DNA of 64,000 nt from a virus. The notes beneath the pieces were generated by a model. It was not told the DNA's origin. It searched no databases and was given only the letters and a program-made list of their open reading frames with translations. This document shows, in pieces, positions 8,971 to 17,963 of the stretch. The DNA lies in the IMG/VR virus record IMGVR_UViG_3300044825_003153, positions 6,928 through 70,927 of that record. One strand, given 5' to 3'. Both the position numbers and the translations under genes were made by a program. Each line of letters starts with the position of its first letter. Within the stretch, counting starts at the first letter, position 1.

Positions 8971-8996
8971 TCGTCCAGCAACAGGGGAACCTCACC

Positions 8997-9560
8997 GTGA
9001 CGAATGAAAACACGACCGTCTTCAATCCGGTCAACTGCGATAAGCACTATACCGACGGCGTTCTCAATCAGTTGACAATCTCCACCGAATTGCGCGATTA
9101 CCTGGACCTCTGCCGTATGGCCCGAAGCAAGGAGCCGTTCCTCCTGTACGGGATCGGCCCGGAACCTTACACGGTTCGCCATGAGTACTCCGGGTATCGC
9201 AACAACATGCTCTACGCGACCTTTGCCGTTGAAGTGGTAAAGGAGGCCACTCCTGCCCAGGAGACAAATAGAGCGATCGTCATCAGGTCGAAATACGCCG
9301 AGATCGCGCTTGAAGTTCAGCAGCTCTTGAACAACCAAGCGTCGCATCGCACGATCGGCGCCTACGTGCAGGACCATGGAAAGGAAATCCTCGCGGCGCT
9401 CCAGGCCGGGACTGTTGAAGCCATCGAGCGGGCTGATGAAGCACATTGCGCCCGGGTGAAGCTCCTGCAAACGGTAGGCGACAAAGACATGACCCTCAAG
9501 GACATGCGCTACCTCGCCATGTCCGACGCGATCGTCGCGGCCTGGGGGGAGGGCACCTGA
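8997..9560 (+). CDS. Hypothetical protein (lower GC than neighbours)
   Basis: GTG start downstream of a CCAGCAAC box. Confidence 0.55.
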   Translation: MTNENTTVFNPVNCDKHYTDGVLNQLTISTELRDYLDLCRMARSKEPFLLYGIGPEPYTVRHEYSGYRNNMLYATFAVEVVKEATPAQETNRAIVIRSKYAEIALEVQQLLNNQASHRTIGAYVQDHGKEILAALQAGTVEAIERADEAHCARVKLLQTVGDKDMTLKDMRYLAMSDAIVAAWGEGT

Positions 9561-9561
9561 C

Positions 9562-9768
9562 ATGTCGCTCAAGCCGTCCGACGTCGTGCGCGACCCTAAG
9601 CTCTTCAATGAATGGTGGAACCGTCGCGACCTCGGCGATGACCGCCTCATCGTCGCCACCGCCCTCCGCGCCGGCCTGATCCGGCGGGAAGACCGCGGCA
9701 CCCACGATCTGCTGGTCCTGACCCAGGCCGGCAGGAAGCTGCGCGAACAGGCTTGGGCGCCAGCTTAA
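9562..9768 (+). CDS. Hypothetical protein
   Basis: 68-aa ORF starting 1 nt after the upstream stop. Confidence 0.55.
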   Translation: MSLKPSDVVRDPKLFNEWWNRRDLGDDRLIVATALRAGLIRREDRGTHDLLVLTQAGRKLREQAWAPA

Positions 9769-9782
9769 TAGACGCGGCACAT

Positions 9783-9810
9783 CGGCCGCGCGGTCGTCAG
9801 CCGCGCGGCC
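9783..9810. terminator. Hairpin between convergent transcription units
   Basis: GGCCGCGCGG-N7-CCGCGCGGCC. Confidence 0.45.
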
Positions 9811-10057
9811 AGCCCAGCATCAGCCTCCACCAATCGAGCCAGCTGCTGCGCGGCTTGGCGCTCGCGATTGATCCGGGGCTACAGTTGATCGGCTGATCGT
9901 GCTTGATGGCCGCGGCGCCCATGCCCCTGACCTGCTCGGCCGGAACGTGCAGGATGACAAGGTCGCCCCATAGCCACGGCGGAGCCGACTGTGGCTCTAC
10001 AGGCCACTCCGCCCGAACCGGCCATTCCACGCTTGCGCCATTCGCCGCGTCAGACAT
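9797..10057 (-). CDS. Hypothetical protein
   Basis: ATG overlapping the upstream stop (ATGTCTGA). Confidence 0.4.
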   Translation of the reverse strand: MSDAANGASVEWPVRAEWPVEPQSAPPWLWGDLVILHVPAEQVRGMGAAAIKHDQPINCSPGSIASAKPRSSWLDWWRLMLGWPRG

Positions 10058-10409
10058 TCTGCTTCTCCGGCAGCCGGTAGCGCCCGGTAACATCGTCTCG
10101 GTGCAGCTCGCCCTTGGTCGCAGCAACCGACAGCAGCGAGCCGATGGTCTTCGTGTTGAAGAACGGATTGAACTCGTGCGCGGCCGCGACCAGCTCGCGG
10201 AAGCCCAGACCCTCGGGGTGCCGCGCCAGGATCGCCCACAGCGCCGCTCGGACCGGCGAGCGGTGCGGCCGGGATGGCGCCGGCGCCGGCACCTCGGGCG
10301 CTCGCGCCGGCCGCAGGCTCACATAGAGGTCGCGGGCCTGCTGCAGACCGGCCAGCTGCGCCCGGGTCGTGGCGATCTCCGCGTCCAGCGCGTCGGCATA
10401 CTCAGACAT
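10050..10409 (-). CDS. Coiled-coil plus winged-HTH protein
   Basis: N-terminal heptads, then VRAALWAILARHPEGLGFRELV...TIGSLLS...GELHRDDVTGRYRL. Confidence 0.65.
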   Translation of the reverse strand: MSEYADALDAEIATTRAQLAGLQQARDLYVSLRPARAPEVPAPAPSRPHRSPVRAALWAILARHPEGLGFRELVAAAHEFNPFFNTKTIGSLLSVAATKGELHRDDVTGRYRLPEKQNV

Positions 10410-10444
10410 CGGCGCAGACCTCCTCGGCGAGCGCCTGGTCAACG

Positions 10445-10669
10445 TCACTCGCCATCGGCGTCTAGCCTCATGCTGGCCGGGTCGGAGCGGTCGCCGGTCA
10501 CGAAGATCCACGGGTGGTTGTCGACGATCTCCAGCACCAGCTCTGGGCCTAGACCAAGGCCGATCGCCGCCTCGCCAATGGTCAAAGGCTTCCCGTTCCC
10601 CAGCTTGGGATAGAGCCAGCCCTCCAAGCGGGGGAACAGCTCTCGCATGGCGTCAACGTCCATCACCAT
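10445..10669 (-). CDS. Hypothetical protein
   Basis: ATG overlapping the upstream TGA. Confidence 0.55.
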   Translation of the reverse strand: MVMDVDAMRELFPRLEGWLYPKLGNGKPLTIGEAAIGLGLGPELVLEIVDNHPWIFVTGDRSDPASMRLDADGE

Positions 10670-11112
10670 CACCCTTGGTCCATCGCCGCTTCCAGGCACT
10701 CGACTTCCACAAAGGATTGGGCGTTGGCGTAGCCGCGGCCGGCGAAGGGCTCGGCCGCCTTGCGCAAGGCCTCGACAATCTTCGGGATGTCGGCCTCGGT
10801 GAGCGAATCGTCGCCGCAGCTGATCTGCACCCCGATGTGCACGTAGGCCAAAGGACTGACCCGCTCGAGCCAGTACCGGCGGACACGACGACCCTGCTCC
10901 TCTTCCAGCTTGGTCCTGACGATCCGGTATCGAGGTCCGGTCTCGCCACCGACGGTGAACCTGGTCCCGGCAGTCATCGCCTCAAGCATCGGCCCGTTGA
11001 CCGCGTGAGCGAGCGGGACGGTGACCGTCTCCACCAGCCCGCTGTCTTCGTCTTTCTCGACCTGCACATCGCCTGTGAAGTTGAACCAGAGATCACCCTC
11101 GGCCATCGGCAT
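10669..11112 (-). CDS. Hypothetical protein
   Basis: 147-aa ORF preceded by CGCCAGCAACGGGAAG on the minus strand. Confidence 0.6.
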   Translation of the reverse strand: MPMAEGDLWFNFTGDVQVEKDEDSGLVETVTVPLAHAVNGPMLEAMTAGTRFTVGGETGPRYRIVRTKLEEEQGRRVRRYWLERVSPLAYVHIGVQISCGDDSLTEADIPKIVEALRKAAEPFAGRGYANAQSFVEVECLEAAMDQG

Positions 11113-11269
11113 CTTCCCGTTGCTGGCGCCTCGCCAGCTCGCGGTCGATCGCGGCCCGGATCAGTTGGCCGGTGGTCTCGCCGGCGGCGAGCAGCGCCCG
11201 GATGCGGGCGAGCGTGCCGGGGAGCCAGCGGATCAGGTACGTCTCGGAGAACCGGGGCGGGCGGGGCAT
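11093..11269 (-). CDS. Small ribbon-helix-helix-like DNA-binding protein
   Basis: MPRPPRFSETYLIRWLPGTLARIRALL..GETTGQLIRAAIDREL. Confidence 0.6.
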   Translation of the reverse strand: MPRPPRFSETYLIRWLPGTLARIRALLAAGETTGQLIRAAIDRELARRQQREDADGRG

Positions 11270-11495
11270 GGCCGGATCATGCGGTATATACCTATTGCCG
11301 GCAAGGCCCGGCGCGACGTATCCTTCGCGGCGGATGGCGGACGCGGAAGCCCGCCGAACGGTGGTTTTAGTAGGGTCGCCTGGGCGGGTTGCGAATGCCC
11401 AAGGCAAGGGGTTCGACGCCCTGCGCCGATAGGTTCCAAGGTGACTGCTGGAGTAGCGCCCGGCCCGCCATCCACCCCAGCAACAGGAGACGTCG

Positions 11496-11753
11496 ATGCC
11501 GCTTTTCCGAAAGACTGCTCTCGTCGAAGCAACGCAATGGTTCAAGCACGGCGATCATGACGCCGTGCAGAAGATCCCACCGTTCCACCACGAACACGCC
11601 GGCAGGGACGACCTCGGCTGGGTGCCGACCCTCGAGGGCGGGCACGTCGTCACGCCCGGCGATTGGATCGCAGGCCCTGGCGCAAAGGGCGAGTTCTGGC
11701 CGATCAAGCCGGAGGTTTTCCAGGCAACCTACGAGCCGGCCAATGCTGCATAA
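11496..11753 (+). CDS. Conserved phage protein (TLEG..PGDWI..GEFxPxKP family)
   Basis: PTLEGGHVVTPGDWIAGPGAKGEFWPIKPEVFQATYE, strong RBS. Confidence 0.8.
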   Translation: MPLFRKTALVEATQWFKHGDHDAVQKIPPFHHEHAGRDDLGWVPTLEGGHVVTPGDWIAGPGAKGEFWPIKPEVFQATYEPANAA

Positions 11754-12153
11754 GCCCGCGCTGTTCGCGCTCGCGAACCCGGTGTTTGACCCGCACACCC
11801 AGATCGGCCCGCAGTTCCGGTTCGTGCCGGCGACGCGGATCACCGCCATGCTGACCGTGAACATCGGCATGGAGTGAATCCGCTTCGCCGGCGGTCGGCC
11901 GCTGTGGCACCTGTCGCTCGCGCGCCAGGACCCGGCGACCCGGCTGCCGGTGCCGGTGCTCCGGTGGAGCCCGACGGTGAAGCGGAACATGGAGGCCATC
12001 CGCGATCGCGTGATGCGCCACCTGGGGACCAACGAGCCCTACGTCGAGGAATGGGGGCAGAGCTGCGTCCACTGGCGCCGGCCGCTGTCGATCCCCGAGA
12101 TCAACCAGATGGCGCCGACCCCCGAGGTCCGCGCGCGCCCGGGAAGGGCTTGA
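11743..12153 (+). pseudogene. Hypothetical ORF interrupted by an in-frame TGA at 11875-11877
   Basis: The same frame continues with typical codons for 91 more codons after the TGA. Confidence 0.5.
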
Positions 12154-12156
12154 ATC

Positions 12157-12597
12157 ATGCTAGTCGATGTGGAGTTCCGTCGCCCAGACGGAATCATGGG
12201 GCTGGTGCTCGGTGTCGTCGCCGAAGGCGGACCGCTGATCCCCGAGCGCCTGGACCAGGGCCTGTACCTGGCTGGGCACTGGTCCATCGAGCATCTGACC
12301 AACGTCCGCGAGCGGTGGAAGGAGAAGACGCCGCACGAGCCGCTGGGCTTCCAGGAGTACGGCGTCTGCGACAACCCGGAGCAGGCGGTGGAGAAGCTCG
12401 GCCTGCGCGAGCTCCCCGAGCGCTTCTTCGTCACCTTCGTGAAGATCCGGCGCGCCGACCAGCCGGCCGACGGTGGCTGGCGGTGGCACAAGTGGGGGCC
12501 CTACATCGGCGACAAGACGCCGACCTGCGAGTACCTCCACGACGAGCTCGAGATCGACGAGGTCTACACCTTCCACGTCTACGAGCCCGCGCCATGA
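12157..12597 (+). CDS. Hypothetical protein
   Basis: 146-aa ORF with GWRWHKWGPYIG motif and typical codon use. Confidence 0.7.
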   Translation: MLVDVEFRRPDGIMGLVLGVVAEGGPLIPERLDQGLYLAGHWSIEHLTNVRERWKEKTPHEPLGFQEYGVCDNPEQAVEKLGLRELPERFFVTFVKIRRADQPADGGWRWHKWGPYIGDKTPTCEYLHDELEIDEVYTFHVYEPAP

Positions 12598-13142
12598 CCG
12601 TCTTCTTCACGGCGGATACGCACTTCGGGCACGAGGCCCTGGTGCGACACGGGTACCGGCAGTTCAGAGACGCCGCCGAGGTCGACGCCCTGATCTGCCA
12701 CCGGTGGAACCTGAGGGTGGGGCCGGAAGACGACGTGTGGCACCTGGGCGACTTCACCATGCACGGGGCCGAGATCGCCGCGAAGTACCTCGCCCGGGTG
12801 AACGGCCGGATCCACCTGATCTGGGGCAACCACGACCGCAACTCCGTGCGCAAGCTGCCGCACTGGAAGTCGAGCACCTTCGCCGCGGAGATCAGGGTCG
12901 ACGGCCAGAAGCTCGTTCTGTGCCACTACGCGATGGAGGTCTGGAACAACTGCCACCACGGGTCCCTGATGCTGCACGGGCATAGCCACGGCGGCCTGCA
13001 GGACAACAGCCAGCGGTGCGACGTCGGGGTGGACTGCTGGAACTTCCAGCCCGTGACCCTGGCGGAGATCATGGAGCGGATGAACCACGCCAAGCCCTTC
13101 CGCCCCACGGATCACCACCGGCTAGCCGAGGACGCACAGTAA
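12594..13142 (+). CDS. Calcineurin-like metallophosphoesterase
   Basis: DTHFGH, HLGDF, GNHD, CHY, HGHSH, DVGVD motifs. Confidence 0.9.
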   Translation: MTVFFTADTHFGHEALVRHGYRQFRDAAEVDALICHRWNLRVGPEDDVWHLGDFTMHGAEIAAKYLARVNGRIHLIWGNHDRNSVRKLPHWKSSTFAAEIRVDGQKLVLCHYAMEVWNNCHHGSLMLHGHSHGGLQDNSQRCDVGVDCWNFQPVTLAEIMERMNHAKPFRPTDHHRLAEDAQ

Positions 13143-13159
13143 ACTTGGAGCCTCTATTG

Positions 13160-13381
13160 ATGGAAAAGTTCCGCAGGGTAGAGCCAACGCCGATGGATTT
13201 GCTCCGGTCGGCAATGTCGATGGTCATCGACTACATGCTGAAGGACCCAACGCTTCCGGCGAACGTTGTCTTCAGCCTGAAGCAACTGAAGGAGCCGGGC
13301 TTCATCAGCGATCAGATGATGCACATCCAGATTGTGACGTCCTGGCTGACCGAAGCGCAGAAGAACATCGGGCGATACTAG
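13160..13381 (+). CDS. Hypothetical protein
   Basis: ATG after GGAG. Confidence 0.45.
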   Translation: MEKFRRVEPTPMDLLRSAMSMVIDYMLKDPTLPANVVFSLKQLKEPGFISDQMMHIQIVTSWLTEAQKNIGRY

Positions 13382-13390
13382 GAGACGTCG

Positions 13391-13657
13391 ATGCCTGACA
13401 GGCTGGCCTATATCGGGTTCGCGGTCGAGTTGGACGGAGGCGAGCTGAAGGTGCACCACAGCACCACGCTCGCCCCCAGGCTCAGCCGCATCTACGAGAA
13501 CATGACCGCCGCAGAGCGCCAGGGCTTCGACGAGCGCCGGCGGGAAGCCGCCGCCAGGATCGGCGAGGCCGTGGCCTGCCTGATCAACCCGAACGCTCGC
13601 GTCGTCGCGGCGCTGAACGATGTGCCTGGACCGGGCGACGGCGGCGGACTCAACTAG
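13391..13657 (+). CDS. Hypothetical protein
   Basis: GGAGA RBS, 88 aa. Confidence 0.6.
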   Translation: MPDRLAYIGFAVELDGGELKVHHSTTLAPRLSRIYENMTAAERQGFDERRREAAARIGEAVACLINPNARVVAALNDVPGPGDGGGLN

Positions 13658-13681
13658 CGCGCCCCAACCGAAGGCCGCATC

Positions 13682-13912
13682 ATGTCCGAGCCGCAGTTCG
13701 AGCCGATCTTCCTGGTCTACCTGATCGGGATCCCGCTGATCTACTTCCTGCCCAGCATCGTCGCGCGCCTCCGCGATCACCGCCAGATGCCCGCGATCTT
13801 CCTGCTGAACCTGTTCCTCGGCTGGACCGGGCTCGGCTGGATCGCCGCGCTGGTCTGGAGTGCTACCGCACAGTCAGCGTCGCCACCGCCCGCGCCGCGC
13901 CACACGGCCTAG
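13682..13912 (+). CDS. Superinfection immunity protein (T4 Imm-like)
   Basis: YFLPSIVARLRDH...IFLLNLFLGWTGLGWIAALVWS. Confidence 0.85.
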   Translation: MSEPQFEPIFLVYLIGIPLIYFLPSIVARLRDHRQMPAIFLLNLFLGWTGLGWIAALVWSATAQSASPPPAPRHTA

Positions 13913-14233
13913 CTCGCGCAGCTGCTGGTCGAGCCGACCCTGGAGCCGACGCTCCTGCTCGGCAAGCTGATCCTGCTGCGCGCGGGCGAGCTCGGCGAAG
14001 TTGGCCTGCACCACCTCCTCGAGCCTGGCTGGCGGCAGCGGCTTCTCGATCGGCCGGCCTAGAACGATGCGAGCCTGCTCGTGCAGCACGGTAGTGCACC
14101 AGTCGCCTATCGGCTGCTCAGCCTTGGTCGCCGCCAGCCGGATCGCGATCATGACCTCTTGGGTCAGGAGGCGGCTCTTGAGCGTCCACTGACCGCGCAG
14201 GGCTGCGCGATCCTCTTCCTTAGCGATTGCCAT
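13874..14233 (-). CDS. RHH-like regulator with C-terminal coiled coil
   Basis: AIRLAATKAEQPIGDWCTTVLHEQA followed by heptads. Upstream hairpin and operator-like site. Confidence 0.55.
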   Translation of the reverse strand: MAIAKEEDRAALRGQWTLKSRLLTQEVMIAIRLAATKAEQPIGDWCTTVLHEQARIVLGRPIEKPLPPARLEEVVQANFAELARAQQDQLAEQERRLQGRLDQQLRELGRVARRGRWRR

Positions 14234-14283
14234 CAGTACCCCCGATCCAGATGGATCGGGGATACCTCAGGACGCCACGCGGT

Positions 14284-14300
14284 TTCCAGATTTTTCGGAA
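14284..14300. promoter_or_regulatory. Operator-like site
   Basis: Reverse complement TTCCGAAAAATCTGGAA shares the TCCGA-N5-xxGGA arrangement (11/17 to O1). Confidence 0.35.
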
Positions 14301-14336
14301 ACGACGACTGTCGTCGGATAACGATGATTATGACAA

Positions 14337-14762
14337 TTAAGCGAAGGTCAGGATGCCGTTGGTCGGGTCGGCGTCCACGGTAAAGGTTTCGGTATCGTTG
14401 ATGGTGATGCTCGACCCGTAGTCCCAATAAGCGATCAGATCGTCATTGGCCGAAGTGTCGTTGTAGAGGACGACATACCGGAACGGCCCGATCGAGCCGC
14501 CCGACGCGGTCAGGGTCGCATCCGCCAGGACCAGCTTGTAGGTCCCCGAGGTCTGCGCCGAGCTGGTGATGGTGACCGCGAAGCCGCCGGCGGAGTAGCC
14601 GTTGCCGGCGCTGATCTCCGCCGGCAGATCGGCCTTGACCGCATCGGCTGCAACATCGGGCGCCGTGTTGGTCAGGTAATACTTCAGAGTGTCCGCACCG
14701 AGATTGTGCTTCTTCTCCGCGACGGCCTCGACGAAGGCCTGAAACTTGACGAACGTAGCCAT
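14337..14762 (-). CDS. Conserved phage structural protein
   Basis: MATFVKFQAFVEAVAEKKHNLGADTLK...GPFRYVVLYNDT...LIAYWDYG. Last gene of the late operon. Confidence 0.7.
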   Translation of the reverse strand: MATFVKFQAFVEAVAEKKHNLGADTLKYYLTNTAPDVAADAVKADLPAEISAGNGYSAGGFAVTITSSAQTSGTYKLVLADATLTASGGSIGPFRYVVLYNDTSANDDLIAYWDYGSSITINDTETFTVDADPTNGILTFA

Positions 14763-14765
14763 GGC

Positions 14766-17700
14766 CTAACTCCGCAGGCTGTCCTGGACGACGAACGGGC
14801 CCTCGGCCGCCGGCACCTGGTTGCCCAGGGAATCGACCACCCAGAGCTGATGGAAGAAGTGACCCTCATCGAGGCCTTCGGTCTGGGTGTCGGTCAGGAA
14901 GACCTCGATCTTCAGATCCGGGCCGACGTTGGTCAGCGTGATTCCCGAAGGGGACGTCATGACAATCAGGCGCTCGCCGGCGGCGACGTCCCGATCGCGC
15001 GCGAGGTACCAGCTGGCCGAGGCAGCGCCGGCGATGCCCGGCACCGTGAACTCGAGGATCACGTCCTGGCCCTTCTGGATCGTCTCCTCGCCAAGGATCT
15101 TCAACGGCACGTCCCCGTAATCGGTCGGCGGGACAGTGCTGGGCGGGAAGACGATGCGCAGCCGAAACTCACCGGCCAGCTGGCGCCTGAGCTGGAAGGG
15201 AACCGTGTGGCGGCGACGCAGGTCGAACCGGCCGGCCATCTTGATGCGCCGCCGAATCAGCAGCGCTCGGTCAATCGAAGCCGCTCCCTCCTGCATCTGC
15301 AGGCTGAAGACGCCGGGGTAGGCGATCAGGACCCTGCCCTGGCGCAGGATCACGTCCTGTCCGTCGAGCTCGAATGCTCCCGGCTCCGCCAGTAGCGAGA
15401 AGCCGCGACGCAGTCGGTTGTCGTACCCTACAAGCACGAAGCTCCCCGCCGCCGCCGGCATCCGGCGCGCCGCGGCAAGCTGCGCGAGCTGGCCGGTGAG
15501 AACGAAGGCTCCCGCGTCGATCGCCAGCCGACGGCCTGCCCGCAGGATCACGTCCTGGCCCTGCAGGCTGAAGCTCCCGGCCTCGGCGCGCAGCGCCACC
15601 CCGCGCCGGAGGACGGCATCCTGCCCCATCAGGGTGATGTGGCCGGCAGCTGCCACCAGTCGGCGGCCCACCAGCAGTGCGGCGGCCTCCCCGGCAAGGG
15701 CAAACTCCCCTGCCCCAGCAGCCAGCCTGCGGCCGGCCCTGAGGCCAGCCGGCAGCCCGGTCAAGGTGAACCCTCCTGCCCCGGCGGGAAGCCTCCTGGC
15801 GGCCCTCAGGGCGGCTTCCTGGCCGGTCACGGCAAAGGTCCCGGCCTCGGCCCGCAGGCGGCGGTCGGCGTAGAAGTCCAGGTCCATGCCGGCGAGCGTG
15901 AAGGCGCCCGGATCGACCAGCATGTGGTAGCCGTGGGTGAGCTGCACCGCCTGGCCGGCCACGACGAAGCCGCCGGTCTGCGCCACCAGGATGCGCGTCA
16001 TGCGCAGGGCGACGTCGCGGCCGTCGAGCTCGAAGTCGCCCGCCGCGGCCGCCAGCCGTCGATCGGCGCGCAGGATCGCCGCGCGGCCGGTGACGATGAA
16101 GGCGCCAGTCCCCGCCGGCAGAGACCTCGCCATGCGCAGCGCCAGATCCTGGCCGCTGAGGATGAAGCTGCCGGCGGCCGCGCCGATGCGGCGGCCGACC
16201 TTCAGCGCGGCATCCTGGCCGTCCACCTGGAAAGCGCCGGCGGCGATATGGAGGACCCGGTCGACCCGCAGGATCACCGCCTCGCCGGCGAGGGACAGTG
16301 CGAGCGCCTCGGCGATCAGTCGACGCGCCACGGCCAGCCGCACATCCTGGCCGGTCACCTCGAAGGCACCGGCCTCGGGCAGCAGGCGGTAGCCGCGGCG
16401 CAGGATCACATCCTGGCCGACCAGGTCGAACGCGCCGGCGTCGACCACCAGCCGCTTGCCTCGCCGCAGGATGACGTCTTGTCCCTGCAGGCTGAAGCTG
16501 CCGGCCCCGGCGACCATGCTCTTGCCGCGCCGGAGCGCCGCGTCCTGGCCGGTCAGGAGGAACGTGCCTTCCCGGGCCGGCATCACCCGGGTCGCCCGCA
16601 GGATGACGTCCTGGCCGGCGACGAGGAAGCTGCCGGCGCCGGCGGCCAAGCTCCGATTGCGCCGCAGGAAGACGTCCTGGCCGGTGACGAGGAAGCTGCC
16701 GGCCTCGGCGCGCATCGCGATCCCGCGCAGCAGCAGGACCGCCTGCCCGGTCAGGACGAAGCTGCCGGCGCCGACGGCAATCCGGCGGCCCTGGCGCAGG
16801 ATGACGGGCTGGCCGGCGAGCACGTAGGCCCCTGCCGCCGCCGGCATCCGGCGCGCGGCGCGCAGGGTCACGGCCTGCCCGGTCAGGGCGAAGGTGCCCG
16901 TGCCGGCCGGAAGGTTGCGGTGGTACTGCAGGCCGACCGGGCGGCCGGTCAGGACGAAGGCGCCGGCGGCGGCCACCATCGTGCGGCCGCGCCGGAGGAA
17001 CACGTCCTGGGCGGTCAGCAGGAAGACGCCGGTAGCAGCGGCCATCCGGCGCTGCACCTGCAGGGCGACCGCGCTGCCGGCGTAGGCGAAGGCACCGGGA
17101 GCCGCCAGCATCGAGCGCGCGACGCGGAGTGCTACCGGGTTGCCGGTGAAGACGAACGCGCCCGTGGCCGCGGCCATCTTGCGCGTCGCCCGCAGGCTGA
17201 CCGCCTTGCCCGAGTGGGTGTAGGCGCCCGCGCCCGCGGCCATCTTCCGGCCCACCTTGAGCCCGACCGCCTGTCCCGTCAGGGCAAACGAGCCGGCCGC
17301 GGCCGCCATCACGTAGGCGGTGAGCGCGCGGACCTCCCAGATGCCGCCGGCGCTGCGATTGTTGCCGCTGGTCCACGAAGCACTGCTCAAACCCGAGCCA
17401 TTGGTGAACCGGACCTCCATGTAGAGGTTGCCGGCGTCGACCCCGCCGGCCAGTGAGTTCGCCAGTGGCGAGGCGGTGGGCGCGCTCGAGCCCACGAAGA
17501 TCGCCGCGGCCATGACCAGTGAGCCGGTCGCCGGCGCGGACATGGTCGGCGCCGGATCGCCGCCATTGTCCGGGTCGCCGCCGTAGTTGACGATGCTGGG
17601 GTTGAAGCCCGTGGCAATCTGGAACGCGAAGACGCCGACCACATTGCCGTCGCTGTCCAGCGTGACCGTCATGGCCGAGGGCGAGCTCGGCGCCTGGGCC

Positions 17701-17957
17701 ACCCACAAGCCGAAGCGCGAGCTGGGCGACGTCCCGCTGCTCGCCGGCTGATTGATCAGGTTCGACCAGCTGTAGCCGGCGCCGTTGTCGTTGAAGCTGA
17801 AGTCGGCCGGGGCGGTGCCGCTGCCGATGCGCGCCCCGCCGACGATGCCCACCAAGGCATTGCCCGACGGGGTGAAGCTGTCGGTCGTGACCGCGGCGCC
17901 GGCGCTCGCCCACTTCAGCGCCGGCGACGTGAGGGCGGTCGGGTTGCTGACCGCCAT
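14766..17957 (-). CDS. 1063-aa fibre-like virion protein with 30 tandem 22-aa repeats and a C-terminal Ig/BppU-like domain
   Basis: Repeat consensus [ML]xAxAGxFxLTGQDVxLRxxRR. Confidence 0.8.
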   Translation of the reverse strand: MAVSNPTALTSPALKWASAGAAVTTDSFTPSGNALVGIVGGARIGSGTAPADFSFNDNGAGYSWSNLINQPASSGTSPSSRFGLWVAQAPSSPSAMTVTLDSDGNVVGVFAFQIATGFNPSIVNYGGDPDNGGDPAPTMSAPATGSLVMAAAIFVGSSAPTASPLANSLAGGVDAGNLYMEVRFTNGSGLSSASWTSGNNRSAGGIWEVRALTAYVMAAAAGSFALTGQAVGLKVGRKMAAGAGAYTHSGKAVSLRATRKMAAATGAFVFTGNPVALRVARSMLAAPGAFAYAGSAVALQVQRRMAAATGVFLLTAQDVFLRRGRTMVAAAGAFVLTGRPVGLQYHRNLPAGTGTFALTGQAVTLRAARRMPAAAGAYVLAGQPVILRQGRRIAVGAGSFVLTGQAVLLLRGIAMRAEAGSFLVTGQDVFLRRNRSLAAGAGSFLVAGQDVILRATRVMPAREGTFLLTGQDAALRRGKSMVAGAGSFSLQGQDVILRRGKRLVVDAGAFDLVGQDVILRRGYRLLPEAGAFEVTGQDVRLAVARRLIAEALALSLAGEAVILRVDRVLHIAAGAFQVDGQDAALKVGRRIGAAAGSFILSGQDLALRMARSLPAGTGAFIVTGRAAILRADRRLAAAAGDFELDGRDVALRMTRILVAQTGGFVVAGQAVQLTHGYHMLVDPGAFTLAGMDLDFYADRRLRAEAGTFAVTGQEAALRAARRLPAGAGGFTLTGLPAGLRAGRRLAAGAGEFALAGEAAALLVGRRLVAAAGHITLMGQDAVLRRGVALRAEAGSFSLQGQDVILRAGRRLAIDAGAFVLTGQLAQLAAARRMPAAAGSFVLVGYDNRLRRGFSLLAEPGAFELDGQDVILRQGRVLIAYPGVFSLQMQEGAASIDRALLIRRRIKMAGRFDLRRRHTVPFQLRRQLAGEFRLRIVFPPSTVPPTDYGDVPLKILGEETIQKGQDVILEFTVPGIAGAASASWYLARDRDVAAGERLIVMTSPSGITLTNVGPDLKIEVFLTDTQTEGLDEGHFFHQLWVVDSLGNQVPAAEGPFVVQDSLRS
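15264..17309 (-). repeat. Coding tandem repeat, 66-bp unit, 30 full copies plus 1 degenerate
   Basis: Counted manually. 30 x 66 = 1980 bp from 17309 lands exactly on the start of the degenerate unit at 15329. Confidence 0.9.
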
Positions 17958-17963
17958 GGGCCG

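Noticed and set aside
11357-11430. tRNA-like element (GGTTCGA T-loop, TTGCGAA loop, partial acceptor pairing)
   Set aside because: No D-arm, mismatched anticodon and T stems, and no CCA. It cannot be called a tRNA without tRNAscan or ARAGORN.
11875-11877. Genome-wide TGA recoding or selenocysteine
   Set aside because: TGA terminates many coupled genes, and there is no suppressor tRNA, SECIS-type context or catalytic Cys position.
12594-13142. Mre11/SbcD partner of the Rad50-like ATPase
   Set aside because: Too short, lacks a capping domain, lies 7 kb away, and matches the common standalone phage phosphoesterase pattern.
14766-17957. DGR or other reverse-transcriptase-linked diversification of fibre genes
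   Set aside because: No reverse transcriptase and no TR/VR pair differing at adenines seen in the window.
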